A DNA stretch of 64,000 nucleotides from Verrucomicrobiota bacterium (GCA_045046875.1 JASFYY010000073.1:1-64000); one strand, 5' to 3'. Positions 37,699-47,579 are shown, numbered from the stretch's first letter. Notes: generated from the letters alone by a model not told the origin. Numbers and translations: made by a program.

Positions 37699-39573
37699 TT
37701 AATTGCTCTGCGCCACTTCATCCACCGCGCCAGTCGTCACTTCCTGTGTTTCAGCGTCATTCGCTGACTTCACCGTGCCTCCCGGTTTGAGGAACTTAAA
37801 AAAACCTCCACGTTTTTTCTTTGGCTCAGGTGCCACATCGGCAGCATCGTCCGCTTCGACCGCCACTTCTTCAACCACGGCTTCAGTTGCTGCCACCGCT
37901 GGTGCCGGCGCCGCTACCGGTGCTGGAGTTGTTTTCACCATTTTTGATCCCTTGGGCGAAACTGCGCTCCATGAATAAGATTTATCATCCGCTTTAGCCG
38001 TAGGCGCCGGAGTAACCCCTTCTTCCTGCACCGCAGGAACCGCCTGGTAAGCTTGATAGCTTGAATCATTTTTGCTCTTGCTCTTGGATTTTTTACCACC
38101 AAACATTTTTGCAAACAAACCTTTTTTCTTAGGTGCAGGAGCTACGTCACTGGCTTCAATCGGCTCAACGTCAGCCACCATTGGCGCGTCTTCCTGCGCC
38201 GGCTCGACCCAGTTGGCTTCAGGTGCCGAAACGGGCACCACATTCTTGCCACCATCTTCAGCGCCGTCACCCGCATTCGGAGCCACCACTTCAACGATAC
38301 GTCCCGTCGCAGCGATCACCCGGTATCCCGCCATCAAACTGGCGAACTCTGCATCCACCAGAGCTGAATTAGCACGGAAATCTTCGTTTTTCACATCCAG
38401 CACATTAAGAATCGCACGACTGCCGACTTCCACCTGCTTTTCGTAAGCCCCCACCACTTGGGCAATCGCATTGGCGTAATCCGTTAATTGTTTCTCAGTC
38501 AACAAAGCTCCGTTGCGATCTGCAATGGCAGATCCCAACTCCTGTTCCACCTGCAACTGAGCACTGAGCGCCATGTTCAAAGCTTCCTCTTCGCGCATTT
38601 CACGTTGTTTTTTCTGTGCGCGACGAGCGCCACCTTCCCACACGTCCCAGGAAGCGACCAGAAAAGCGTGCGCTTCATCATCCGTACCACGGACTCCACC
38701 AACATCATTTCCCAATCCTCCACCTAGCTCGAGTTCGAACAGCGGCCACAACAAACCTTTACCGGCTTCTTTTTGGAACTTCGAAGCTTCGTAGTTCATT
38801 TTTGCCGCTAGCAAAGTCGGGTTGGCTGAAATATCAGCATGCTCCACTCTGGCAGGAACCGACCCCAGACGACCCACAGATTGCAAGTTTTCCGGCTCTT
38901 CTTCGACCAGGGTGCGGTAACGAACTTTAGCGTTTTCCAACAAAGCCTTACGAGTTTCCACACTTGAACGAGCCAGGCCCAAACGAGCTTTCACCAATTC
39001 AATATCCGCCTGCGTTGCCCGTCCGGCAGCTTTACGGGTCTCGGTTTTTTTCAAAGTATCTTCATGCACCAAAGTATTCTCGCGAGCCAAGTCCACCTGT
39101 TCCTGCCCTCTTAATATGCCGAGATAAGCTTCGATCACCAACAAAGCCAGTTGCTGGTCCACATCCTCCGCCAAAAAGTTTGCCGATTTCGCACGACTCT
39201 TGGCTGCTCTGGTATCGTTCAAAGCCAGACCCCGCTGAAACACCCGCTGGCGAACCGTTGCATTACCCTGGGATTGATTCAACCAATCTCCAGTAGCCAC
39301 CAAAGTGGAAGCCGAACGACTTCGAGAGCTTGGCCCCATGGTTCCGCCTAAACTCAAGCGAGGCAACAAACTACCTCGGATCTCCAGCGCTTCATAGTGA
39401 GCCACATCGGCCTGAGCCTTGGCCACCTTAGTCTGAGGATGAGCGCTGAGAACCTTCTCAACCGCACCGGTCAAAGTTTCTGCCTTGGAATCAACCGCTG
39501 TCAGAGCGCTTCCCGCTAAAACAGCCATCGCCACCATTCCCATAGAGTTTTTCTTAAAAATTTTGTGTGTCAT
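37699..39573 (-). CDS. TolC-family outer membrane protein (LapE-like) with long disordered C-tail
   Basis: Signal peptide, ETLTGAV..L.AHP, two OEP repeats, G.R.ILNVLD motif. Confidence 0.9.
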   Translation of the reverse strand: MTHKIFKKNSMGMVAMAVLAGSALTAVDSKAETLTGAVEKVLSAHPQTKVAKAQADVAHYEALEIRGSLLPRLSLGGTMGPSSRSRSASTLVATGDWLNQSQGNATVRQRVFQRGLALNDTRAAKSRAKSANFLAEDVDQQLALLVIEAYLGILRGQEQVDLARENTLVHEDTLKKTETRKAAGRATQADIELVKARLGLARSSVETRKALLENAKVRYRTLVEEEPENLQSVGRLGSVPARVEHADISANPTLLAAKMNYEASKFQKEAGKGLLWPLFELELGGGLGNDVGGVRGTDDEAHAFLVASWDVWEGGARRAQKKQREMREEEALNMALSAQLQVEQELGSAIADRNGALLTEKQLTDYANAIAQVVGAYEKQVEVGSRAILNVLDVKNEDFRANSALVDAEFASLMAGYRVIAATGRIVEVVAPNAGDGAEDGGKNVVPVSAPEANWVEPAQEDAPMVADVEPIEASDVAPAPKKKGLFAKMFGGKKSKSKSKNDSSYQAYQAVPAVQEEGVTPAPTAKADDKSYSWSAVSPKGSKMVKTTPAPVAAPAPAVAATEAVVEEVAVEADDAADVAPEPKKKRGGFFKFLKPGGTVKSANDAETQEVTTGAVDEVAQSN

Positions 39574-39740
39574 TATTTAGGAGAAGTTGATTAACTGAGT
39601 AATTCTAAACATCTTTATAAATTACTTCTGTGGAAATACCAGCCGCAATGTGTAAAAAAGCATTCGGAAGCACGAATAGTAGACAAATGTGAGAAATAAT
39701 CAATACAAAACACTTAGCCTGGCACGCACTCGGTTTTCAC

Positions 39741-39787
39741 GGCCTGAAAGGCCAATCCTGTGACCGCCCAGGGTGGGAACCCTGGGT
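39741..39787. repeat. Half-unit of the hairpin repeat family seen at 44.5 and 56.5 kb
   Basis: ggcctgaaaggcc and gcccagggtgggaaccctgggt hairpins. Confidence 0.5.
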
Positions 39788-39882
39788 TTAAATCATCACA
39801 CTTTCTATAGCCCTGAGCCGGAGCGAAGCGTAGACAGCCGGAGGCAACGGGCGGCACTAACAAAAAGCATTGAGTCTCCCCT

Positions 39883-42800
39883 TTACACCGCCGCAATTTC
39901 TTCATCAGTCGGAGCGAGCGGATCGCTGCCATCGGTCAAAGGCGCTTCTGGAATTTCCGGCACATCGCCACCGCTTCCGGTAGCACCTCCTCCGCCACCA
40001 GTATTTTCATCCACTGCAGCGACCAAGGCTTCGTCTTCAGGCGCAGCGCCGGAACCATCAGCCAACACCCCGTCGAGATCGACCGGTTGTTCTTGCGAAA
40101 GGAAAATAGCATCGCCCAGTTGACCTGTGCTGCCATCCTCCCAGGTGAACTCGCCCGTTCCCTGAACAAAAACATGCTCAACTCCGTAGCCATCCGTATT
40201 GAGCGCATCCAAATTAATCGAAGCAATGCCAGCATCGGCGAGACTGACCAATTCCAGCCCACTGCCCACACCGTCCAGATTGACCTCTTGCCACAGAAAG
40301 AAGCTACCAAAAGCGTCATCCTCGGCAGAAAACAGACCGTCACCGTTGCTATCAAATGCACCTAAGCCCTCCAAATCGGAAGTCGATCCAGGAACATAGC
40401 TGGCAAAAGCGATTTCCTCCAGTGAGGAAATCATCCCGTCACCATTGGCATCGTAGGCCAACACCGCGTCCCCCGCCCCTGCCCAGGAAATATTCTCCAA
40501 CTGGCCATCACCGTCGACGTCAAATTGATTGCCTCCTATTTGAGTAAAGGTCAGACCATCTCCATTGAGATCCAGCACGATAGGCGTAACCCCCGTAGAG
40601 AGATTAGTCTGCAACTGCTCACCTCCACCCAAGCTACTGACAAAGGTGAAAAGACCATCTGCACCAGGCCCACTGTCCAGAAACCAATCGGTTAAGTCGA
40701 TAACATCCACGCCAGCATCCCCCACTATACTCAGTATGTTGTCGCCATCGGTCATCCCCGCCACATCGGCGGCGCTTAAGCTAATGGAATTAGATTCCCC
40801 ATTCTGCAAGTCAAGCACTTCGATATTAGAAACCCCTGCAGCAGAGCCAACATTCCCTCCTCCGAAGATCTTCAAAGTATCTTCGCCATCTCCACCGTCG
40901 ATGATATTTCCATCCAAAACCCCTTGGATAGATTGCCCAGTTTGATCTGACTGCACCGAGATGAAGTCATCTCCAGCATCACCATACACCGCATTGCCAT
41001 ATAAGCCTCCTCCGCCTTCTCCATACCCTCCTCTTGGTGGGCCTTCTCCATACCCTCCTCTTGGTGGACCTTCTCCATACCCTCCTCTTGGTGGACCTTC
41101 TCCATACCCCCCCGGCCCGTCATAACCCGAAGCAGTCAAACTCAGGCGATCATCTCCATCCCCACCAAATATGGTCGAGCCAATCACAGAAGACCCAACT
41201 GCTGTCTCAGTGATCACATCGGCACCCGCTCCACCGATCAAAGTATTTCCAGTGACCGAAGACCCTCGCCCACCGTCCGCAGAAGTGTAGGAATACACCG
41301 TAAGCGTATCATCTCCAGCACCGCCCACCAAAGAGTTATAATCCGCGCTGGCACCACCTCGGGTAAACTCAGCACTAGTAGATTCAGCTCGCGCTGTTAC
41401 CGTCAGGACATCATCGCCATCGCCGCCCGACAAGGTATTGTTGTTGGCGCGAGAGTCGGCGTATATAGAGAAATCAACTCCGTTGTTCCCAACCCCATTA
41501 GCCGTAGCCTCACTGTAAGCCCCCACACTGAGCGTATCATTACCCGCACCGCCTTGTAGATCATTATTAGACGCTCTAGAATCGGCATCCACATCAAATT
41601 CCGCGCTATCATCGCTTGATTCTCCACTCGCACGAGCATCGCTCGTTGCTCGAATCAACAAGCTATCGTCGCCTTCGCCGCCTTCGAGTTCATTCCAATT
41701 AGTATAAGCACTAGCCTGCACGTCGTTGATATTGGCCTCATCGTAAGCATACGCAACGGCACTTGCCGATGCTTCAGAAACGACCTCAAGCGTATCATTG
41801 CCATCTCCGCCCATTAAAGAGTTACGATCAGCATTGGCACCAGCATCAGCCTCAGCATAAACTTCATCATACGCCGATCTCCCTTCGGCATAGGCATCGG
41901 CCTCAGACCGCACACTCAGAGAATCATCCCCCGCCCCGCCATCAAGTATGTTCCTGCTTAAATGCACTGAAGCCTCCGCCTCTGCATAGGCTTCATCTCT
42001 AGCATCGGCATACGCATCCGCATCGGCATCCGCGTCTACCGTCAAAGTATCATCCCCACTGCCACCATACAAACTATTGCTTCTAAGATCAGAATCCGCA
42101 TCCGCTTCGGCATAAGCCTCATCATAGCTCGAAGTGGCATCCGCTCGTGCATCAGTCCTCGAGCTGACGCTCAATACGCCACCACCATCGCCACCAACAA
42201 GAATATTATAGTTAGCATCTGAATCCGCTTCTGCTAGCGCATCCGCATCATCCCGCGAATCCGCTTCCGCAGAAGCGTCCGCCGAAGCATACACCGTCAA
42301 CTCATCATAACCACTACCCCCCATCAACGTATTGCCTCTCGCATCACCGTCGGCATCCGCCTCGGCGTATGCCTCATCATAGTCAGAACTCGCTTCGGAA
42401 TAGGAAACCCCTGTCGAACTCACCCTCAAGATATCGTCGCCAGTGTCACCTTCCAGCAAATTGTAATTGGCATTGGCGTCACTGTTGGTCAAAGCTTCGG
42501 CATAGTTAAACTCCGCTTCGGACCGTGCTACAGAAAAGGAACCCGCTTCCACTACCAGCTCATCATCGCCACTACCACCATACAAACTATTCCTCTCCGC
42601 ATCCCCATCAGACTCGGCTTCGGAGTAAGCATAAAAACCACCATCTTGTTCGCTATGCGAAAAAGCCTTACTAAACGCAAGAGAGCTTACTTGCAAAGTA
42701 TCATCGCCTCCTGCTCCGTTGAGCACGTTGTTATTGGCATCAGTTGTCGTTTCAGCTTCCGCATCTACATCTTCTGTACCTGGGTAACCATCACTAAACG

Positions 42801-44187
42801 CAATCGCACCAGCAACCCCATAAGCCTTCACGCTCAAATCATCAGCCGAGTCGCCCCCAAACAAGGTATTGCCTATAGCATCCACATCAGCTTCTGCGTC
42901 AGCAAAAACCGGGAATATAGGGCCTGTGCCCGGGCTATCAGGATGCGTGGCAAAAGCCACGCCAAAACCGCCAGCCGTCACAGCCAAATCCCCACTCCCT
43001 ACCAGCAAGTTGCCGCTAGCACTGACATCCGCATAAGCATCTGCTCTAACTATTCCATACACGGACCCTGCAAACCCAAGCGCTAAGCCTTGGGCGCTCA
43101 CACTCAATTCACCTTCACCACCGCTCAGCGTATTATCGTTAGCCTGCGCGTCGACTTCAGCATCAACTCGAACCCCATTCTCTCCATAAGCGGACACCAT
43201 AGCCTTGCCCTCAGCACTCACGCTCAACAAATCCACTCCCCTTCCTCCTGCTAATAGATTGCCATTGGCATAGGCCGTGGAGTCAACAGTTGAAGTAATA
43301 GAGAAAGGCAGACCTCCACTCTCGGCATATCCTGTCTTCATGCTCACTTGGCTTTCGGCACTGACGCTCAGCGTATCGTTGCCATCGCCACCCAACAGCA
43401 CGTTGCCATTTGCAATAGCAGCACCATAAACCTTGCCGCCTGCTTCGTTTTCCCCTTCATAGGAATAACTCGCGGTCACTCGCAAAAGATCATCGCCACC
43501 CAGCGCATTGAGTGTATTGCCACTGTTATACCCCAGCAGAATGTCATTACACTCCGTGCCAGTGATCGTGCTGCCACCTGCTTGCGAACCGGTGAAAACC
43601 GTGCCGTTCACACAATTGGGTCCTACTGGAACTACCGGCGCGTCCTCTTCCGGCAACTCTACCTCCACCGCTTCAAACCCCGCCACTTCAACAAAAAGAA
43701 ACGCATCTCCAAACAACAAACCGTCCACTCCAGGACTGCCAAACAAATTCTGCAAACTCTGCAACACCGGTTGCGGCAACAGACCCAGCAGGAAAAAGTC
43801 ATTCAAATCCGAAATAGGCTCGTAAAAAGGAGCTCCGATCTCTCCAGCTCCCCCTTGCCCTGCCACCAATGTATTATTCAACAATATGCCCTGATACGAT
43901 GTGAATGAGTTCTCTGCAGAAATCACCGTGCCCATTCCTTCGATCGACACCTCGATACCACCACCTTCGCCCACCACTCCGGGATCGTTCGCTCCCACCA
44001 AAGTGATCCAGGTTCCGTCAGCCAACATCACCACCAGATCGGTGCCACTCGGCAGGATAATCACCGCAGGGTTATCCGCGTCAGGAGTCAGATGAATCTT
44101 ATCCTTCGCCGAAACTTTGATATCGGCACCGTTTTCGGCGTCAACTTCCCTCGTGGTGCCGTCTTCGGATGTGATGGTAACTGTCAT
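39883..44187 (-). CDS. T1SS-secreted acidic RTX protein (adhesin/surface protein) with an FrpC-like self-processing module homologue
   Basis: No signal peptide; about 22 NxLxGGxGxDxLxV repeats; TPIVLDLNGDG...WQEVNLDG...ELVSL module; adjacent to the TolC/ABC/HlyD genes. Confidence 0.9.
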   Translation of the reverse strand: MTVTITSEDGTTREVDAENGADIKVSAKDKIHLTPDADNPAVIILPSGTDLVVMLADGTWITLVGANDPGVVGEGGGIEVSIEGMGTVISAENSFTSYQGILLNNTLVAGQGGAGEIGAPFYEPISDLNDFFLLGLLPQPVLQSLQNLFGSPGVDGLLFGDAFLFVEVAGFEAVEVELPEEDAPVVPVGPNCVNGTVFTGSQAGGSTITGTECNDILLGYNSGNTLNALGGDDLLRVTASYSYEGENEAGGKVYGAAIANGNVLLGGDGNDTLSVSAESQVSMKTGYAESGGLPFSITSTVDSTAYANGNLLAGGRGVDLLSVSAEGKAMVSAYGENGVRVDAEVDAQANDNTLSGGEGELSVSAQGLALGFAGSVYGIVRADAYADVSASGNLLVGSGDLAVTAGGFGVAFATHPDSPGTGPIFPVFADAEADVDAIGNTLFGGDSADDLSVKAYGVAGAIAFSDGYPGTEDVDAEAETTTDANNNVLNGAGGDDTLQVSSLAFSKAFSHSEQDGGFYAYSEAESDGDAERNSLYGGSGDDELVVEAGSFSVARSEAEFNYAEALTNSDANANYNLLEGDTGDDILRVSSTGVSYSEASSDYDEAYAEADADGDARGNTLMGGSGYDELTVYASADASAEADSRDDADALAEADSDANYNILVGGDGGGVLSVSSRTDARADATSSYDEAYAEADADSDLRSNSLYGGSGDDTLTVDADADADAYADARDEAYAEAEASVHLSRNILDGGAGDDSLSVRSEADAYAEGRSAYDEVYAEADAGANADRNSLMGGDGNDTLEVVSEASASAVAYAYDEANINDVQASAYTNWNELEGGEGDDSLLIRATSDARASGESSDDSAEFDVDADSRASNNDLQGGAGNDTLSVGAYSEATANGVGNNGVDFSIYADSRANNNTLSGGDGDDVLTVTARAESTSAEFTRGGASADYNSLVGGAGDDTLTVYSYTSADGGRGSSVTGNTLIGGAGADVITETAVGSSVIGSTIFGGDGDDRLSLTASGYDGPGGYGEGPPRGGYGEGPPRGGYGEGPPRGGYGEGGGGLYGNAVYGDAGDDFISVQSDQTGQSIQGVLDGNIIDGGDGEDTLKIFGGGNVGSAAGVSNIEVLDLQNGESNSISLSAADVAGMTDGDNILSIVGDAGVDVIDLTDWFLDSGPGADGLFTFVSSLGGGEQLQTNLSTGVTPIVLDLNGDGLTFTQIGGNQFDVDGDGQLENISWAGAGDAVLAYDANGDGMISSLEEIAFASYVPGSTSDLEGLGAFDSNGDGLFSAEDDAFGSFFLWQEVNLDGVGSGLELVSLADAGIASINLDALNTDGYGVEHVFVQGTGEFTWEDGSTGQLGDAIFLSQEQPVDLDGVLADGSGAAPEDEALVAAVDENTGGGGGATGSGGDVPEIPEAPLTDGSDPLAPTDEEIAAV
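41015..41109. repeat. 27-bp coding tandem repeat (3.5 copies; GGYGEGPPR)
   Basis: Unit ccttctccataccctcctcttggtgg(g/a). Confidence 0.95.
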
Positions 44188-44509
44188 GATGTTGTGTGGG
44201 GCTAGGTTGTTAAAGTTGGATAAAAAGGCTGCAATTACGCTTTATGAAACATTGTTTTATTGTTTGCAGTAAACGAGTTGCGATGATTTCACTTGTCAGA
44301 ATAATGGGGAGAAAGTTCAGTCAAAATGACCTTATAAAAAATACCAAAAAAAGCTTGATAGCAACTTATGCCCCTATTCCACAAGGGTGACAAGAAAAAA
44401 ATGAAGAATTATCTATTTTTTTTACCACCGCTAATGACAGTCGAGCAGAACGAAACAGACTGCCCCAGGCAGCCCGAAGAACCGTATCACTCAACCACCC
44501 CTCTCGGGT

Positions 44510-44758
44510 GCAGGAAAAAAAGTCAGCCCTTGTTTATTTGAAAGCTCCCTTATCGCAGCTCAACATCATTCCGCCCTTTTAGGGCTGGTAATAAAGCCGA
44601 TTTAACCCCAGCGCTTCGCACCGGAGCTATCACATTTTGTCCTTACAGGACAGCTTGCTGTCATCTCTTTTCTGCACCAACGGTGCCCAATGATTTAGCC
44701 CAGTGCGAAGCGCTGGGTAAACATCCCCAATTCCCCAGTCCTGCAAGGGCGAAACCGC
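44510..44758. repeat. About 250-bp palindromic repeat (REPIN/MITE-like), copy 1
   Basis: Collinear with 56501-56746; cgcccttttagggctgg ... ccagtcctgcaagggcg inverted ends; internal cccagcgcttcgc / gcgaagcgctggg. Confidence 0.85.
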
Positions 44759-44786
44759 ACAGCGCTCAGCCGCTTAATAATCCAGA

Positions 44787-45152
44787 CTACACCGCAGCCA
44801 GTTCGTCTTCGGTCGGATCAAGCGAATCACTTCCATCCGATAGCGGCAATTCAGGAATCTCCGGCACATCACCTGCCCCCGATCCGCTGTCACCACCATC
44901 CGATTCCAAATCATAAGCATTGGCATTAGCAGAAACCATCAAGGTATCATCACCGTCTCCACCAAAAATGCGCGCCATTGGCGTAAGCTCGAGCGCTCGC
45001 ATTGCCACTGCTATCATCAGCCGACAGCATCAAATTGTCATTCCCCGCTCCACCATCCAAGGTATTGGCTCCACCTCCCAGCGAGTTCCCACTGGCATAT
45101 CCATCATCACTGCTCGCTGTCACGCTCAGGGTATCATTGCCATCACCCCCAT
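44787..45152 (-). pseudogene. Frameshifted relic of a paralogous RTX gene 3' end
   Basis: GGDGNDTLSV and TLDGGAGNDNL in one frame; IFGGDGDDTL...DVPEIPELPLSDGSDSLDPTEDELAAV in another; the latter matches the C-terminus of 39883-44187. Confidence 0.8.
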
Positions 45153-45199
45153 TCTTTTGAACTTTTTTGCTTTTTCCACAAATAAGTTCACAAGAAAAA

Positions 45200-46384
45200 T
45201 CACTTTTCCAGGGGGTTTCCCGAAACTCTGCAAATCGAGTGGTAAAACTTTCCATTATCACCCTTGGGGATTTCGTCCATATATTCGATCTTCAAATCCC
45301 CCGGCAAATAGCCGAAATGATCGATAAATAGCTTACGTATCGCCTCATCCAAGGGCTCCGCTGAATTGATATTAACCGTAAAATCCTCAATCGTATCCTG
45401 AATCACTTGATACTGCCGCATCCCCGGCAAATCACGCAAATCATAGGAGATATCCGCAAACAAGTGACGTTTGCCGTCACGATGCACCAAAGCCCCTCGC
45501 ACTTTACCATAAATCCCCCGCAGCGCCGGCAGTGCAGTCTTGCCACAGGGACAAGTCCCCTTGACCGCATAATCCCCTATCTCATAACGGATAAAAGGCG
45601 AACGTCGATTGGCGTAATCGGTGATCACCACCCGGCCCCGCTCCCCCTCCTGCGCAGGTTCATCCCCATCCTCTCGCAGCACCTCCACCCCCAGCCGATG
45701 AGCCATGATATGATGAAAATCCGGCTCATGCTGACATTGAGCCGCAATCATCCCGAATTCCATCGAAGAATAGGATGTCCATATCTTTGCATGGGGAAAG
45801 GCTTGCTGAACAATTTCAAGCTGAAAGGGTTCAACATTTTCCGAAAACAAGCCAAAGCGCTGCACAAATGAAACGTCGATTCCACGCTCGAGAATCTCCC
45901 TCGCCAGCATATCCGCATTGCTGGGGTAAGTGGTGATGGCAGTGATCTTCCCCTCCTTCCGCCGCTTGAGAATGTAGTCAATCTGGTCGGCGATCGGCGA
46001 CTTCACGTCCATCAGATTGGGATCCGCTTTATCTCTATCGTCCTGATTTCTTTTATAAACCATGCGCAGACATCGCATCTTGCCACCGAGCTCTTTGATG
46101 AAAGCTTTGGTATCTGCCTGGCTCAACGCCCTTCTTCGGGGAGAATGAATGTAGCGCACCGGCACTCCTGTCGATCCTGAAGTTTTGCCATTGTGTGCTT
46201 GTCCATTGAGAATCGCGTCATTGTTCTCGAGAAAAGTCTTGCGATCCAAAATCGGCACCCGCCCCCCCTCTGCCAACCACTGCTTATAAAAAGCATTATT
46301 GAGACGAGCGTATTCTGCAATTTTCAGAAAACGCTCGCATGCGTAGGGCCGGTCTTGAAAAGATAAAGGTACCTGCGTCGTCAT
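45200..46384 (-). CDS. PaaK/CapK-like adenylate-forming enzyme
   Basis: TSGSTGVP, YSSMEFG, PFIRYEIGD, CPCG. Confidence 0.85.
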   Translation of the reverse strand: MTTQVPLSFQDRPYACERFLKIAEYARLNNAFYKQWLAEGGRVPILDRKTFLENNDAILNGQAHNGKTSGSTGVPVRYIHSPRRRALSQADTKAFIKELGGKMRCLRMVYKRNQDDRDKADPNLMDVKSPIADQIDYILKRRKEGKITAITTYPSNADMLAREILERGIDVSFVQRFGLFSENVEPFQLEIVQQAFPHAKIWTSYSSMEFGMIAAQCQHEPDFHHIMAHRLGVEVLREDGDEPAQEGERGRVVITDYANRRSPFIRYEIGDYAVKGTCPCGKTALPALRGIYGKVRGALVHRDGKRHLFADISYDLRDLPGMRQYQVIQDTIEDFTVNINSAEPLDEAIRKLFIDHFGYLPGDLKIEYMDEIPKGDNGKFYHSICRVSGNPLEK

Positions 46385-46406
46385 AATAGAGTCTTGTTTA
46401 TTACAA

Positions 46407-47579
46407 TCATTTCTTCACCTGACAAATCGAATACCGATACTTCCCATTTTCACCACACGGGATTTCCTCAACCAAATCCACCCTCACCTCGTGAGGCGTA
46501 TAACCAAGAAAATCTTTCAATACCCCTATTGCCTTCGGCTTTAAATCCAAAGCCTCGGCATTCACACCATGCTCACATTCGATCTTTATCACGAAACGCT
46601 CCAGTTCCTCCTGCACCACCTGATAGCGCCTCACCCCTGGCAAATCTCGAATAGCCATCAACACTCTAAAGGCATTCAAATACTCTCCCGAACGATGAAT
46701 CAAAAAACCCATCACCCTCCCTTGCACCTGGCTCAGAGCAGGCAAAATGATTTTTCCACAAGGACAATTTCCGCGAACTGCAAAATCGCCAATGTCATAA
46801 CGAATGAAAGGGCAAGATCGATTGAAATAATCCGTGATCACCACCCTGCCTCGCACTCCGTCGGGACATGGCTGATCATTTTCATCGAGAATCTCAACTC
46901 CCAAATGATGCGCCATGATGTGTTGAAAACCCGGTTCATGGGGACACATCAAAGAAATATATCCAAACTCCATCGCCGAATAAGTCGTCCAAATTTTAGC
47001 ATTAGGAAAAGCCTGACGGATATAAACCGCCTGATGTTCTTCATACCCCTCGCCATACAAACCCAAACGCTGGATATGAGACATGTCCAATCCTCGCTCA
47101 AGGATCGTTCGCGCCAAAATCTCCGCATTACCAGGATAGGTCGTCAATGCCACCGCTCCCAATTCACGATAGCGCCGCATGATCAGCTGCAATTGCTCAT
47201 CCAAAGGCATCCTGATATCAAAATTTGCCCCTCCATCACCACTGCCAGGGTTGACTAGTACCGTCACGGGCAAACGACCTCCCAACCATTGCACAAACAT
47301 CGCCTCATCTACTGCATGCAAATGCGCACGAGCGTGAGATTGGTGCAATCTCACCTTGTGTCCACTCGAGCCTGAAGTGGTGCTGGTAACCTCATGGCCG
47401 TTGAGTATTTCCTCATTATGCGCCATGAAAGTCTGCCGATCCATAATCGGCACTTCGCCCGACTTTGCTAACCAGCGTCGATAAAAAGGATGATGCTCTC
47501 TGACATGATTGACGATGGCGGCAAAGTGCTGCGCCGCATAAGGGCGTTGTTCAAAAGTCGCTGGAATCTTCAAATTCAA
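46407..47579 (-). CDS. PaaK/CapK-like adenylate-forming enzyme (paralogue)
   Basis: TSGSSG, YSAMEFG, PFIRYDIGD, CPCG; collinear with the neighbouring gene. Confidence 0.85.
   Translation of the reverse strand: MNLKIPATFEQRPYAAQHFAAIVNHVREHHPFYRRWLAKSGEVPIMDRQTFMAHNEEILNGHEVTSTTSGSSGHKVRLHQSHARAHLHAVDEAMFVQWLGGRLPVTVLVNPGSGDGGANFDIRMPLDEQLQLIMRRYRELGAVALTTYPGNAEILARTILERGLDMSHIQRLGLYGEGYEEHQAVYIRQAFPNAKIWTTYSAMEFGYISLMCPHEPGFQHIMAHHLGVEILDENDQPCPDGVRGRVVITDYFNRSCPFIRYDIGDFAVRGNCPCGKIILPALSQVQGRVMGFLIHRSGEYLNAFRVLMAIRDLPGVRRYQVVQEELERFVIKIECEHGVNAEALDLKPKAIGVLKDFLGYTPHEVRVDLVEEIPCGENGKYRYSICQVKK

Noticed and set aside
41015..41109. 27-bp repeats as a CRISPR array
   Set aside because: No spacers, in frame within a CDS, and no cas genes
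44683..44916. Short ORFs over the palindromic repeats (also 56635-56967, 30289-30531, 39714-39932)
   Set aside because: They are translations of non-coding repeats with no protein-like features
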